In this document: one piece after another, positions 24,484 through 39,400 of the stretch | How the letters are laid out: every line of letters begins with the position of its first letter | Position numbering within the stretch: position 1 is the stretch's first letter | Origin: Azolla caroliniana | Lineage: Eukaryota; Plantae; Polypodiophyta | Reading direction: 5' to 3' | DNA: 64,000 nucleotides | Assembly: GCA_043228905.1 (NCBI GenBank) | Contig: JBHGNT010000004.1 | Coordinates: 13,330,001-13,394,000 of the forward strand | Made by a program: the position numbers and the translations under genes | The notes under the pieces: model-generated | The model's database searches: none | Seen by the model: only the letters and a program-made list of their open reading frames with translations | Told to the model about the DNA's origin: nothing

Positions 24484-27400
24484 AGAGACTCTGTACAAGA
24501 ATGATCAAGGGTCTTCTTTTACAACGTTAGGTTATCGCCTATATACTAAGCCCTAACTATATGGACGAGTTCACACTAGGATACAAAGTAGAAGGAGTCG
24601 GCCTTTTATGCCAACAAACTCCCCCGTAAAAGAACTACTCTTTCCTACATGTACATGTGTTTGGGGTTGTCTCCCCCATAAACCTAGATTACAACACTAA
24701 TCTAAATTTATGTTACAAGTCGGTCGGCATATAGTCGAGTCGGCAAAGGTGAGGTTCGTGTCGAGCCTAGCATGGCTCATTATCATGATTGGTTTGGTCG
24801 ACTCTTACCTTCTGCTCCTCGTTTGGCTTTCTTCTGCTCGGTCGCTTGTTGTAATCCCATCTTTGTCCTTAGTGCTCTGAAGCGTTGATCGGGGAGTGGG
24901 TTCGTTAGGCAATTGGCGATGTTCACCTTGGTGTTGATCTTCTGGACGTCGAGCTTCTTCTCGGTTATGAGCTCTCGGATGTGATGATACCGCACCTCAA
25001 TGTGCTTCGTCGTTGCGTGATAGACGAGATTGTTAATGAGGTGAATTGAGTTCTGTGAGTCGCAATAGATGGTTGGTGCTGGTCGGTCGATTCGTCTTGT
25101 AGATGAGAAGTCGGCAGACAGTCGGTGCAGCCAGATCGCTTCCTTCACTACCTCCAATGCTGCTATGTACTCGGCCTTTGTGGTTGACAAGGCTGTACAC
25201 TCTTGAAGCTTTGACCTCCATGATATCGCACCGCCACCATAGGTGAAAATATAGCTTGATGTTGACTTTCGATTGTCCGTATTTCCGGCATAGTCGGAGT
25301 CAGTGTAGCCTTCGACTTTGGTTGAGGTTGTCAAACCGAAAGCCAACTGTGTATCTTTGGTCCCTCTCAGGTACCTGAAGATGTGCTTGACGGCCTCCCA
25401 ATGCTTCCATCCTGGATTTGACATGTACCGGCTGACCACCCCTACGACATAGGCTAGGTCGGGTCGGGTCGCCACCATTGCGCACATGATACTTCCTACA
25501 GCCAATGCGTAGGGCATCTCTCTATTAAGCTCTCTCTCCTTGTCCGTTGAAGGAGAGTCTTTGTCCGATAGTCGAATCGACGTTGGAAGCGGTGTTGGTG
25601 CTGGCTTCGCATTCTCCATGTTGAAGCGCTTCAGCACCTTTCAGAGATAGTGAGACTGGGGAGTCAGAGAGTCTTGGTCATCTGATTTCGTTCAATCCTC
25701 ATGCCTAGTATGTGACGGGCTTGTTCGAGTTCCTTAATCGCAAACTTGTCATGAAGGCTCCGCTTGAGCTTTCCGATCTCTGCTTGATTGCTTCCTGCAA
25801 TCAGCATGTCATCAACGTATAGGATCAGGTAAATCCTGGACTCGTCGGCCAGTTGCCGAATGTACATACATGGGTCGGATCCGGTCTGATCGGCGGTATC
25901 CAAGCTGCCTGATGTAGGAGTCGAACTTTTGGTACCACATCCTCGACGCTTGTTTCAAGCCATAGAGGCGTTTCTTCAGTCGACATACGAGGTGACTTTC
26001 CACCCCTGTCGTCGTGAAGCCTGCCGGTTGAGACATGTAAATGTCTTCTTCCGGATCTCCCTGTAGGAATGCCGTCTTTACGTCCATTTGGTCGAGCTCC
26101 AGGTCTTCTGTCGCTACAACTCCTGGTAGGAGTCGGGTGGTGGTCATCTTGACTACTGGTGAGAATATCTCGTCGTAGTCGACCCCATATTCTTGTTTGA
26201 ATCCTTTTGCGACGAGCCGAGCTTTGTACTTGGGTTTGTTTGAGTTAGATACATACTTGTATCGAAAAGCCCATTTGCAAGGTAGCAGCTTTCTTCCAGT
26301 TGGTAGTTCAACCAGCTCCCATGTTTGATTCTTGTAGCCATGTATCGGCGTCCGTTGCGGCCATAGCTTCTTCATAAGTGCTTGGTTCGCCTGCATCGGT
26401 GTAGTTGACATAGTCGAGGCCCGGTTGATAAAACTCTGTTGGCCGTCGAGCTCGTCCGGATCTCCTGGGTGCCAAAATAAGTGGTTCGGATCCTTCGATC
26501 GTCTCTGTTGGTTGATCGGCATTGGTTGAGCCACTTGTGTCAGGAGTCTTGTTGGTTGATCCGCCCCCATGCTGGGATTTCGGCAGTGTCATGGCCTTCT
26601 CCCCTGTGAACTTTGTCAACTCAATTCTGTTTCCAACTTGCATCTTGTTGACTTTGCCTTGTTCGACTCTTGTCGAATCAGCTTTATCTTTGATGGCTTT
26701 GTCTTCGAGTTCGACGAGTGGACCTCCTACCGATTCGGAGTCGGTAGGTATGTTGTCGGCTTGGTCTAGTTTGACTGTTTGTTGAATCTCTGATTTAGCT
26801 TGGTGGGACAGTCCATCTACGATATCTTTGTCGGCTTCGAAGGATACCTTTTTACCAACTTTTTTCTGCTGGTTCCGCTGAGAGAAGATAGAATCTTCAT
26901 TGAAGACTACATCACTGCTCCGGATCAGTTTCCGGTTCTCAGGGTCCCATAGCCTGTAGCCGAAGTCCCCATCGGTTCCATAACCGAGAAATATGCACTT
27001 CGTTGCATGGGGTGCTAACTTGGTCCTTTTCTCCCTGGGGATAAACGCGTAGGCTTCGCATCCGAATATACGGAGCCTATCATAGGTCAGTTTTTTGCCT
27101 GACCATAGTGCCTATGGCACATTGAGCCTTATTGCTCTCGATGGTGATAGATTTACCAAGTATACTGCTGTCTGCAATGCCTCATCCCAGAATTCCAGCT
27201 TTAGTCCAGCTTGCTGGAGCATTGCCATCACCCTCTCCTGGATCGTTCGGTTGATCCATTCTGCCACTCCATTCTGCATGGGTGTGTAAGGAATGGTCCT
27301 TTTATGCCGAATCCCTTTGTCAGATGTCCATCGAGTGAAGACCTCGAGTGCTTTGTCTTTGGATATCATTGAGTAGGCCCAAACCTTCTGTGTGCTCCGT

Positions 27401-30400
27401 CTTTGGACCTAATTAATTGACCAGCAGTCGAAAATATTGTGGCCAACTTTTTTGCAATGTGTGCAGAATTCACTTGATTGGCCCATTCTCGACTTCGACC
27501 GCTGTTGGTCTCCCCTCGTTTTCGATCGACTATGGTGTCGACTGACTCTGTTGGCTTGTTCTGTAGATCAACTCAATTGGTCGACCGATTTGGTCGAGTG
27601 GTGGGCTTCTGCCGACTTGCGAGGGTGAGTCCCATCGATTTTCGCCGAATGTCCTCGGTGAGGACTTGGTCGATCGTCTCATCCAAGTTTAGGATCGGTC
27701 TGCTATTGGCGTATGTCATGCAGAATACCTCCCAGCTCACCGGCAAGCTCGATAGGAGGGCAAGGGTTTTCACTTCTTCTTCGAAGTTGATCCCTTGTGA
27801 GGAGAGTTTTGATAACACCCAACTGAAGGTGTTGATGTGGGAGGTAGCCGGATCGGTCTCTCATCTTCATGTTGAACAGTTGTTTCATCAAAATCAGTTT
27901 TGAAGATGAGGACTTTTTTTCGTACATGGCTTGTAGCTTCTCCCACAATGAGAACACTGTTGTCTCTTTTGCCATGCTGAAGTAGACATTTTCGGCCAGA
28001 TTTATTTGGATGGTGGAGCGTGCGATTTCGTCTGTAGATCTCCACCCTTCGGCTGTCATCGAGGAAGGTTTTTCACTGTGTCGAATGGCTTCGACTTGTC
28101 TTCTGATGATCAACACGTGTTGCATCATCTCCTTCCATAGGGCAAAGTTTTTGCCATCGAATTTTCTGATTTCAACTCCTGTTCCGGATGTTGAAGCCAT
28201 GTTCTTCTTTGAAAGTGAGATTTTACTGACCTAGTCTTTTTCCTTTCAGCTTTTTCTACTTTTTGTTGCCGCCGAGCTGTGGATCACTCTTATACCAGTT
28301 GATGGTTCAACGTGCGTGCGGAAACGTATGTAAGAACCTTTCGTATGTGCTTATCAAACAACATAGAAGGAAGACAAGAGAATAGACAAAAGATATACGC
28401 AGTTTAAGCTTTAATGGAAGCTTTGTTATTACAATATACCTAACTTGAGAATCTCACATGTGCCAAAAACCAGATTCCCTCGTTTCTTCTCTTTTTATCT
28501 TATTTACTTTTATATTTACTGTGTAATATTTATTTTATTTTGATTTGTTCTCAAAGACGAGAAAACACTCAAAATGTAATCTCTTATTTGGTCTTATAGG
28601 CCATTTTGGCCTCTTAAAAGACGTTAATATATCTTAATAGATCTCTAGCATAGGTCGATCCAGAATGGAAATGTCTCCGAAGCGAGGGAAGCACCTACGA
28701 TGGCGGGAGATAATGGCTTTTATATGTCGATGACAAGGGTGTCGAGGTCGTGGTCCATGGGGCCGAGCCCTACGTGCACGGCAAATTGCCATTGCCCGAT
28801 CAATTGTAACCCCTTTGTTATGTCTTGGTTTGAAGCCCATTTGTGTATCCCGGGGTTGACTTCTAGCATTAGGAGTGATGGGGCTAAAGAAAGTTGTGAT
28901 TGTTCTTTGTGGATGAGCTTGTGTGGTTGTATTCTTCAGCAACATTTCTTGATGTCTCTTGAGCTCTAGCAAGAAAAGTTCTAGGCATCGTTGGTTCTCA
29001 TATTCCATTACCTTGCGTAGTGAGCCAAAGCCTTGTTTAAAGAGGCAATGATATCTCCCTCTAATTTCATAAAAGACAGTACAATGACAAACATAGTGTT
29101 CTTCAGATTCCACTCCTTGATGACACAATTGGCAAATTCTCTCTTCAAGAGGTAGTCGTGTATATTTGCCTACCTCAATTTGTAGTTGATATGATGAAGT
29201 TCGCAGCTGACCTATCACACTATGCAATGCATAGGATAGATGGATTGGTGGGTGAGCACTTTATCTATGCCCGTGACACCTTGTTCCCATTGCTAGCACA
29301 CATCTTTAATAGAGCCATGTGTGAAGGTTTTCCTACTAGATGGACTCAACATACCATTGTGCCAATCCTCAAGAGTGGAGACCCCATGATGCCAAGCAAC
29401 TATAGGACAATCATGATTGGCCATTACTTGGCTAAACTATATGGCTCAATTCTAGAATCAGAATTGAGTATATGGGCAGAGCAAAATGGCTGCCGTTCAA
29501 TTGGACAAGCAGGCTTTCGAAAGGGGTTCACAACTTTGGATCACATATTCACCCTCCGGGCCCTTATTGAGGAGGGCAGAGCCCACAATAAGAGGATTTT
29601 CTGCTGCTTTGTGGATTTCCGAAAAGCCTTTGACACTGTGCCACGTGCTCAGCTTATGCAGCGGCTAAAAGCACTTGGTGTTCCTATAGATATGCAATGG
29701 GGAAGCTATGCACTCTATGAATCTGTGTCAGGAAAAGTGCGGTTTTCTAAGGGCTTGTCAGAGGCGGTGGCTAGCACAATTGGTGTGAAGCAAGGATGCC
29801 CACTATCCCCCACACTCTTCGGTCTCTATATAGATGAGGTATCACAGTACATAGAGAGATTTGGGGGTTCCGGAGCAGATGTAGCAGGTATAGCTATACA
29901 AATATTACTATATGCTGATGATATTGCGCTGATTTCTAACTCTCCGGAGGGACTACAAAGACATCTAAATGCCTTAAAACTATTTTGTACGGACAAAGGT
30001 TTGTCAATCAACATGAATAAAATTAAAGTGATGGTGTTTAACACCCCAAGCATGGGTAACAAGATCAAAACCAGAATTCTTCTTGGGAGAGGAAAAGGTG
30101 GAATACACATGCTCCTACACATACCTAGGAGTAACCTTTACAGGACCTAGGTTCTCCTTACAGGAGACTGCTTGTGCCCGATTTTCTCGTGCATATGTAG
30201 CCCTTGGTGCTCTCGAGAGACAAGGTGCAGATTTGCAGTTCCAAGAGCCACGGACTAAGCTATGGTTATTTGATACACTTGTCACACCAACTCTTCTCTA
30301 TGGAGTAGAGACATGGGGACCGAGTCTTAACAAGGCAAATCATTGGAAAGATTTAGAGAGACCTTGTGTCAATGATTGCTCGCATGATAAGGAGCAAAGC

Positions 30401-33400
30401 ATCGGTGCCCCACGATATAATCCGGGCAGAGATGGGAGCAACACCTATAATAACCAAGGCGTTGTTCCGATTAGTGACATTTATCCAACGTATTTGGGAG
30501 CTCCCTAAACGAAGGTACCGAAGGTTGGCACTTATGTCATCAAAACAACTGGCTGAAAATGGAGACACTCATTGTTGGTATGCTGAAATGCAGCAATGGT
30601 TCGAGTCACATGGCATGAGTATAAATGCACTACCCCCGTTCTAATATAGCTTGGACTGTCCCCATCTAAATATGACCAAAGTGGAAAAGAATAGAATGAT
30701 CCGAACTGATATTATTGACTTGGAAAACAAGATAACATGGATCAGCCCCAAAATACCACTTGGTACAAAGATGGCCCACTATAAGACACTTCTTACATAC
30801 ATCGAAGGATGGATTCGTTATCAGGCCACCATACATCTATCCTATGCATTGCGTAGTGTGATAGGTCAGCTGCGAACTTCATCATATCAACTACAAATTG
30901 AGGTAGGCAAATATACACGACTACCTCTTGAAGAGAGAATTTGCCAATTGTGTCATCAAGGAATGGAATCTGAAGAACACTATGTTTGTCATTGTACTGT
31001 CTTTTATGAAATTAGAGGGAGATATCATTGCCTCTTTAAACAAGGCTTTGGCCCACTACGCAAGGTAATGGAATATGAGAACCAACGATGCCTAGAACTT
31101 TTCTTGCTAGAGCTCAAGAGACATCAGGAAATGTTGCTGAAGAATACAGCCACACAAGCTCATCCACAAAGAACAATTACAACTTTCTTTAGCCCCATCA
31201 CCCCTAATGCTAGAAGTTAACCCCTGGATACAGAAATGGGCTTCAGACTAGGACATAATAAAGGGGTTACAATTGATCAGGCAATGACAATTTGGCGTGC
31301 ATGTAGGCCTCGGCCCCATGGTCCACGACCTCGACACCCTTGTCATCGACATATAAAAGCCATTATCTCCCGCCATCGTAGGTGCTTCCCTCGCTTCGGA
31401 GACATTTCCATTCTGGATCAACCTATGCTAGAGATCTTTCGAAGACAAAAGCTACAATATACCTAACTTGAGAATCTCACATGTACCAAAAACCAGATTC
31501 CCTCATTTCTTTTCTTTTCATGTTATTTACTTTTATATTTACTATGTAATATTTATTTTATTTTGATTTGTTCTCAAAGATGAGACAACACTTAAGATGT
31601 AATCTCTTATTTGGTCTTATAGGCCATTTTGGCCTCTTAAAAGACGTTAATATATCTTTCTTTCTTTCTTTCTTCCACTTTTTCCAAGATATTCCCTTTT
31701 TATTCCTAGTTTATTGTACCTGTTTGGTTGTACAAGAGTTTCTTAGCTACCAAACAACCATTCCCAATTTTGTATAAATAGGCTTATACAAGCCTCTTTT
31801 GTAATGAGATTATTTTCTGCTGCTACTTACAAACAAGCACAACTCTTTGGCTGTGTCTCTACTCTTTGCAACCAGTTTTTCTACTACTGTCTAACAGCCT
31901 TCTCACAGCTTGGCTATGTCTATTTTGTTCTAACTCTTCCGCTGCTGCTATTAACAGCTTTTCTCACAATTTATACAAAATTGGGGAAAGTGGGTGAAAT
32001 AGTTGTTTGGTAGTTAAGTGACTCTTGTACTACCAAACGGGTACAATAAACTAGGAATAAGAGGGAGTATCTTGGAAAAAGTGGAGAGAAAAGACATTTA
32101 AAGCGGTGCAGATTCTAGAGAGAGGACATTTAAAGAGTTGTAGATTCTAGAGAGAGAAGAATCTAGGAAGAGAGAGAATGTACAATAGAGATAATAAAGA
32201 TGAAAGAGAGTGCAGCTCTAGAGCTGCCACCCTCGAACAAAGGGCTCGATCTTGAAGGAAAATATAAGAGGAAGGTTAGTGGTGAGAGTAGTTGCTCAAC
32301 TGATATTGCTCATGGAGGAAGCAACACAAAATCTAATATAGACGAAAGAAATAGGAGCAAGAGCAAAGCTAAGTTTGATATTACTTACTGCGATTGTGTT
32401 AGGAAATGCCCCAGGAAGCCTAATTGCATTTACTTTAGGAAAGAACTTGAATGTAGGGAGAGTGCAAATGACAAAAAGGATGCAAAAGAGACAAATTTTG
32501 ATAATACAAATAGCTCTAAGGGCAAAGAGAAAGCCAATTTGTCTCTAATGTGGACATTGAAGAGTTATTTGATGCAAATTGAATTCTTTGTGCCACATTG
32601 TCTCTACATTATGCTTCCACACTCCATGTTCATGATATGTGGATAAATCAATCTGACATCATTGATGCATTGCTTAACGTTGATGATTCATTGCATGAAA
32701 CTTGGATTGCAGACTCAGGTGCTTTATGTTAGATATATCCAATAATCACCCCCAATTTGTCAGTTTATCCCCACAATTATTCTTAGAGTGCACATTTTGT
32801 GGTAGCACCCCAAATGAGTAGCTATTGTGCAACCCCAACCATATGGGTCAATGAGGTGTCAATGTGCGCATTTTGTGATAGCATTTCAGTTTTATTCCTT
32901 GGAGTTCTATTTATGGGGAAGCTAGGTCAGATATTTATTAAATCATATTGGTCTTGGAATATGTTTTTTAGTTTCATAGACCATTTTTATCTTTTAACAA
33001 GGACCAAACTGTGATCTTTTCTACCTTAACGTAAACATGTTTTGCTTCCTCTTGTTTGGCATACTTTTCTTAAAGTACTGCATGAACACACATTTTTCAG
33101 AAATTACAAAGGCATCCTTACAGTCTGTTCCAGAACTTGAAGCAGCCATGTATAAATCAGTGGATGGCACTGCCTGTGTACGTCTGCTCACACTCTCAGG
33201 AGAGATTGGATGTGGCAGTAAGTTTTACTAACTGCAAATTCTGCATTTCTCATGTTGCCTTGTTTTGTTCATCTTCTAACCTAGCGTTAATAAACAAAAG
33301 ATCCAGGGCGTGATAAAGTGGCTGCACCTATAGTAAGATTTCCAAATGATGATTATTCTCTTGAACAAAAGTCAGCTGTCCTCGTTCCATTATCTGAACT

Positions 33401-36400
33401 TAATAATTTCGTAAAGAGGTAGTATCTCAAATTCAAATCCACAAATTATGGACTTCTACAACATGGGAGTGTGTCAAATAATAACTTTTTTTTTTCTTGT
33501 TTTGAACTTATAGGACATTGAAAGAATCCGGATTCAGAGAGAAAGTGGCTGGTGTGCTCGTGAAACCCTCTCATGGTGCCATAAATGGTACTCTTTAGTG
33601 TTCTTACTTTGGAATTGTACTTTGGTTTCCAGGGAGCAATAAGACAGTTTTATAGCTGTTTTCATTTAGCATATCCATGATCATGAAGAGCTTCTGTTGT
33701 TTAATAAAACAGGTATCTCTGATGATACAAGTTTCCCAGGAGCCCTCTTTGCACCATATAAAAATCAAAGCTATATTTGGAACCCCTTTGTGAGTTTTGA
33801 ATATCAAGGATTAACTACAATTTCTCATCCTGATTCTTGATTTCATATTCTGAGAGGATGTCTTGCAGAAACTTTAGCTTTAAAAAATATGCTATTTTGG
33901 TTACTCAACTACCTTTGAGATCCAAAGTGTATGCCTGATTCTTATGGTCTTGAAGCACATCTATAAACGTTTTTCATTCTGATAGTTTAGGGAGATGAAT
34001 ATTTCCTGACAAACATTATACAAACGTAATTGTTTCTTTTGAATTATATTTCATCTCACAAAAAATCTTATATTCCTAAATTTTATCATAGGTTTTGCCT
34101 TAACAGCATTTCTAATTTATTTAATCACTTTGAAAAAATCAGGGGTCTGGAATAATAGAACAACACATTGATTTTCCAGTCTATCTCCTGTCTGAAGATG
34201 ATTCTAGATTGGTGGAAGAGGTACATCAGTACCTGAAGTATTACAAAGTTAAAATTATTGCAACATAAGGGTATGTTTCTTGATGTTTATTTTTATATCA
34301 ATATTAATCTCACTTGTTTGTGAAGTTTGCGCTGGGAAATGAAAAGAGAAAATTGAAGTACCCTGTCAAAGTAGCAGAATTTGATGTTGTGATGCAGGTC
34401 GGATTCATTGTATTTCTAAACTGTGACATAGTATTTTTTATTTTCCTTTGTATATTGCCCGTAAATAGAAGTTGGAGACACTAGATTTGGGATTTAATGG
34501 TTTATGGATCATACACTTTTAAAGTTTGTTTTGCCAATGTATACCCGTATATCAGACAACCAAAGCTGGAACTACAACGTCTGACACATGCCTTCAGGGA
34601 TATTCCTGTCTACCCTTGGGGGGCTATAGGTCAGAACTCAAAGAAATTTTTAAATATTGGCTCCAAGATGATTTTTTTGTATATTTTTTATGGTGAATTC
34701 TATACTGATTATATCTGCCATTTTCATGGGTTTTCAGCGTGTGGTCATCATTGCCACCAATTAAGACATCAAGTGCTCTTGAGAAACAGATTGTACTTGC
34801 AATTACATCAATGGATTCCTCTTCCCTTTTCAGAGACAAATCAATTGGAGCAGATTCCCCGCTTTCAGTCTGTGACTTGTGAATACCAAGGCTTCTATCA
34901 AATTTCCATGTTATTTATTCCTTGAACTGCTGTTATGCAGGGGCTGATATCATTGTTGGCAGCTGTTGAAGCCTTGTCAAAAGTTTCTGATCCTGATAAC
35001 TGGGAAAAACAAGTAAGTCTGATTTCCGAACTATATATTTAGGCTGCTTTTTGTTACAATAAGAAAAGGAAATAAAAAACTATATATTTCCCTACCTCCT
35101 TCCACTCTCAAATACTTTCCCATTTTGAGCTCTACTATCTTTTTCCTGCTGATATTTGTGGTGCTGCATTAGTTGGTCTATCTCATTTATCTGTTTCTAA
35201 CTTTCTGTTGTCCAGTTTGATAACTGCTTCAGAGAGGTTGTATAAAGAACTCGAGTTCAATTTACCAGAAACATAGACTGTGCTATCGAGCAGATTTCTT
35301 ACTCTTTACCCAAGAACCACGTTTGTCATTATTTTACAGAGGAAAACTAATAGACTATGATTATGATAGTGAAATGTTGTTCCTCAAGTTTGAAAACATA
35401 TTTGTGATGCTTGAAGTGCAATATAAATGAAATTGTAGCAACATCAGCTCTGGCAAAAAAAATGCAGATTATTTATGTACCTAGGTGTTTATATAACCTT
35501 TAGAGCCTCAGGAAATATTTTATGGTGATCCAATAGTATTTTGACTAAGTCTCATCAATCTCTTGTATATCAGGCACATCAATATTGATGATGTTGGGAT
35601 GTGTCTATATTCACTCATTTCAGAGTGTGTATTCACACATATTGATGATGTTTGGATATTTTTATTCACTTATTTTCAGAGTGTTTATTCGCACATATTG
35701 ATGATGTTGATATGTCTTGGATATATTTCTCTTAGTAGCTTCCCCAATCCATGGAATTCATGTTACAGCTCCCGTTTTGGCATGCCTGCATGAACGATCT
35801 CATGAGGTAACATTTACTCAGCATCTTGAAAGCATTCATTGAAACTAGAGGTTTCTTTAAATCTCTGTTTGTGAAGGCCAAGCTCCCCAATTTTACATCC
35901 CCCATAAACAACCATAATTTAGGCTGTATTTCTTGAAACTCAAAATACACACTGTCATGAAGAGCTATAGAGACTCAAGAGAGTAGTAGTTTTGTGAATG
36001 TGACCCTGTGTACAGGTAAGATGTTGTATTCCACTTCCACCCTTTAAATTTCATATTCCACTTCTTGGTATCAAGATCTCATGATACATACTTTGTTGAA
36101 ATTAGTACATCATCAGCATCTGCATATGTTTAGTGTATGGGTATGAGAATACCTATAGAAGGTGCTCTAGATCCATTCAATCTGTCTATGTGGTTATGTA
36201 ATCCATAATGTAAATGCTGAAGAGAGTCTAGAATGGGTATCCTTGCTTCAACCCATTAGTACTGTCCATTATGTCAGGGAGACCATTGGATGTACTGAGC
36301 AAAATCTCAACCTGACACTAGAATAACCTATAAATTCCTGGTAGAAACATTTCGGTGGAAACTGAAATTTTCTGATTTTTTTCATCATTCAAGCTTGGTA

Positions 36401-39400
36401 ACTTCTGGTACGTGTGTCTGTGTCAAGGTTATGATTGGATGCACTGATCAAGGGCAACCTGGCACTGACTTGATAATCCATAAGTTCCCCTGTAGTAACA
36501 TTTCAGTCACGAATGAAACTAAGCTATATCTGTATATATATATATATATCCTACATACGCATGTTGTTACGTATATTTATATATTGGTGTTTCCACCCTG
36601 ATAGTCATACATATATACTTCTAGAACAACTGAATCAGGGCATTTCGAGGGTGATATTGCAATCTGCCAGCGCATTACAACCAGTGATTTCCTCCAGACT
36701 GGGGGTAAATTACTGCCCCTTCTGCCACCCTGATGCATTCTTCTGTTCATTGTTCAAGATTTGATGGGGACTGACAACAATGATTAGATGTCATTGTCAT
36801 CAGTGGGTGCCTTCTAGCTCCGTCTTTACCACATGATTCTGGTGGCATTATTATGAGCATCTTTCTCCGTTCACTCCAGATGATGTGTGTATAACAGTAG
36901 CCTCTTCTTCTTGATGGTTGCATCTATATCTGATAGTATTTTCTATTAGAAATATTGAGAATCGAGTAGATAGGTATATAGAGTTACAACTGCAGAGATG
37001 GATATATGAAAACAGAATTTCTATTACATATGAGAGTAGTTCAAAATGGTAGTTTTCCCATGCGCTCACACCTTAGAGCTTAGATAGGATATGGACCGGC
37101 TCACTACAAAATTAGTGGGGACAAATGATCAATCTCACCACTGTGTGAGAAAAGTGACTTATAATCTATGTTTGGTCTTAGTATAAATGTGCAAGTCAGT
37201 TGACAGTAGTGGAGATATTCCTTTTCTGTCAACTGACTTGTCATTTAATATGACCCAACTCCCTAGGTACAGGCTAGTGCTAGATAATACTTATCTTGAA
37301 GTCAATGACGCATACTTCAAGACTAAGTACATCGTAACTTGCCCACAAAATATTCTAGCTGACTTGATTAGCCAATCCTTTTATCTATTTCTCTCTTTCC
37401 TAAATATTTTGTGTCCTACGCATCTACGGTTTCCTAGATTAACACCTTATCGACCCATATGGTCGAGTTGCACACTAGCCGCTCCTCATTTGGGGCGCTA
37501 TCACAAAATGTGCACTCTAAGAGCACATATGGGGATAGATTTACAACTTGGGGCTGATCATTGATTATATCTAACATTTCTAGATTGATAGTAGTTTCTA
37601 GCCCAATGGTGAATATCATCTTTTGGCCATAGTCTGCATATTCTTCTTCATCTCACCTTCCTGACCCCCTGTTCCAGCTTCTTTTGAATGCTTCCACATG
37701 TAAAGCACTTTTTATCTCATCTGCTGCTCCACCTCTTCTTTCACCTTCTCCTCCAGCTTTAATGCCCAGTTGAGTGTTATGTCCTGTTATGGCAGTTTAA
37801 TAGAGGTGAGGGTGCTGATGGTCTTTGTCCTGTAGAGGTTTGAGCATACTGTACAACTATCTCTCAGGGTCACCACATAGCATGTGTATCCTTACCTATT
37901 TTTTGACTTATAGACCCACCTTTACAGAGTATACTAATTCATTAGAGGAAAGTCTACTTAATTTCATTTGTGAGTAGTGAATGCATTGTTTTCTTGCATT
38001 CTGTATAGCTGTAATGTTTCCCTATGCATGTGTGTATTTTCATGGCTTGACAGTGCTTCAAAGATGGCGAGGAAGGAAACAGTACCCGACATCCAGGGAT
38101 TGCTTCATTTTCTTTCTTGCATTGACTTTCTGAATTCTATCTTTACTCCTTTTAGTACGTGAATTGTAAGTAAAAGAAATATGTTGCATGAGTTCCTCCT
38201 CTGTGCAGACCATGAAATCTTTGACCATATGATATTAGCCTGTGTAAGGAGATAATTTTTCCACCAAAAATAGGGCTGAATGAGCTTGTTTGAACACATG
38301 CCCACTGACTTCTAACTAAATGATTCTGAGAAACCTTATCAAGGTAAAAAGGTAAGAAGCGTATTGTGCCAATTCCAAATTTGCTTTACCAGTAAATAAT
38401 ATTGCAGTTTAGTCATTACATTGTCATAATCCAGATTCACTTAGTGTTCAGAACCCTTTTGGATGTTTCTAATATTCATATGATTCAGGATTTGTAATTT
38501 GTATGTAACAATCATCTATAACCGAACCAAGGGAAGTTACAAACTTAAAGCCAACTTCACTAGCTACATGTCGTATTTATGCTGCAGTGTATAGTCTTTA
38601 AATATACAATGCGATCTTTGTATTATTTGTTCCTTATCTTTATTTTTTTATGGAAAAATGTCCATTTCAGTTGGTAATAGCTGTATTTACTGGTGAATCA
38701 TGGGGATACTTGGGCAGTCGAAGATTTCTTACAGAGCTCTCAGAAGGGGGATCTTCTGTACAAGGTCTGAAGGGATCACTTATATATCAGGTCAGATTAA
38801 GTAAATCATTCCATCTTCATTCTGATATTTTATCAACTTTAAAAGAGATTATGGAATCGCCACTCAACAGATATTGGAGGTTGGTTCTGTTGGTTTGGCC
38901 GAGGGTGATGTTTTTTATGCACACTCTGAGGAATCTCAGGTATTTTTTAAGTTGTAGTAATGAGAAAAGATGGAAGATCAAAAAGATGTTGGATTGTAGA
39001 TTATTCCTTTAGTGGTGGATTTGTACAGGTGTCTGATGCCACCCAAGAGCTCTTAGATGCATTGCAACAAGCGGCATCCTCTTTAATAGAGGACAATGTG
39101 TCTTTGGTTAAACTAGGTAGCAAGACCAATCCAGGTGTACCCCCATCATCATTCATGTCATTCTTAAACGAGGTAATATTGCAACTAAAGTATATTACTT
39201 GTTGATTTATATGGAATCAGATTGATAGTTATAAAATGTTCTTGATAGCAGAATGATTCAATACCAGGAGTAGTGTTGACAGAATTTGATTCAGTTTTCT
39301 TGAACAAGTTCTACCACAATGAATTGGATGTTGCAAGTATGATACAAAATTAGATTTCCTTCGAAACATTTCCCTAAACATGCTAACAGCCAGTGTATCA

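Noticed and set aside
35575-35712. Possible intronic C/D snoRNA cluster (TGATGA boxes)
   Set aside because: No matching CTGA D boxes or terminal stems; a simple tandem repeat explains it.
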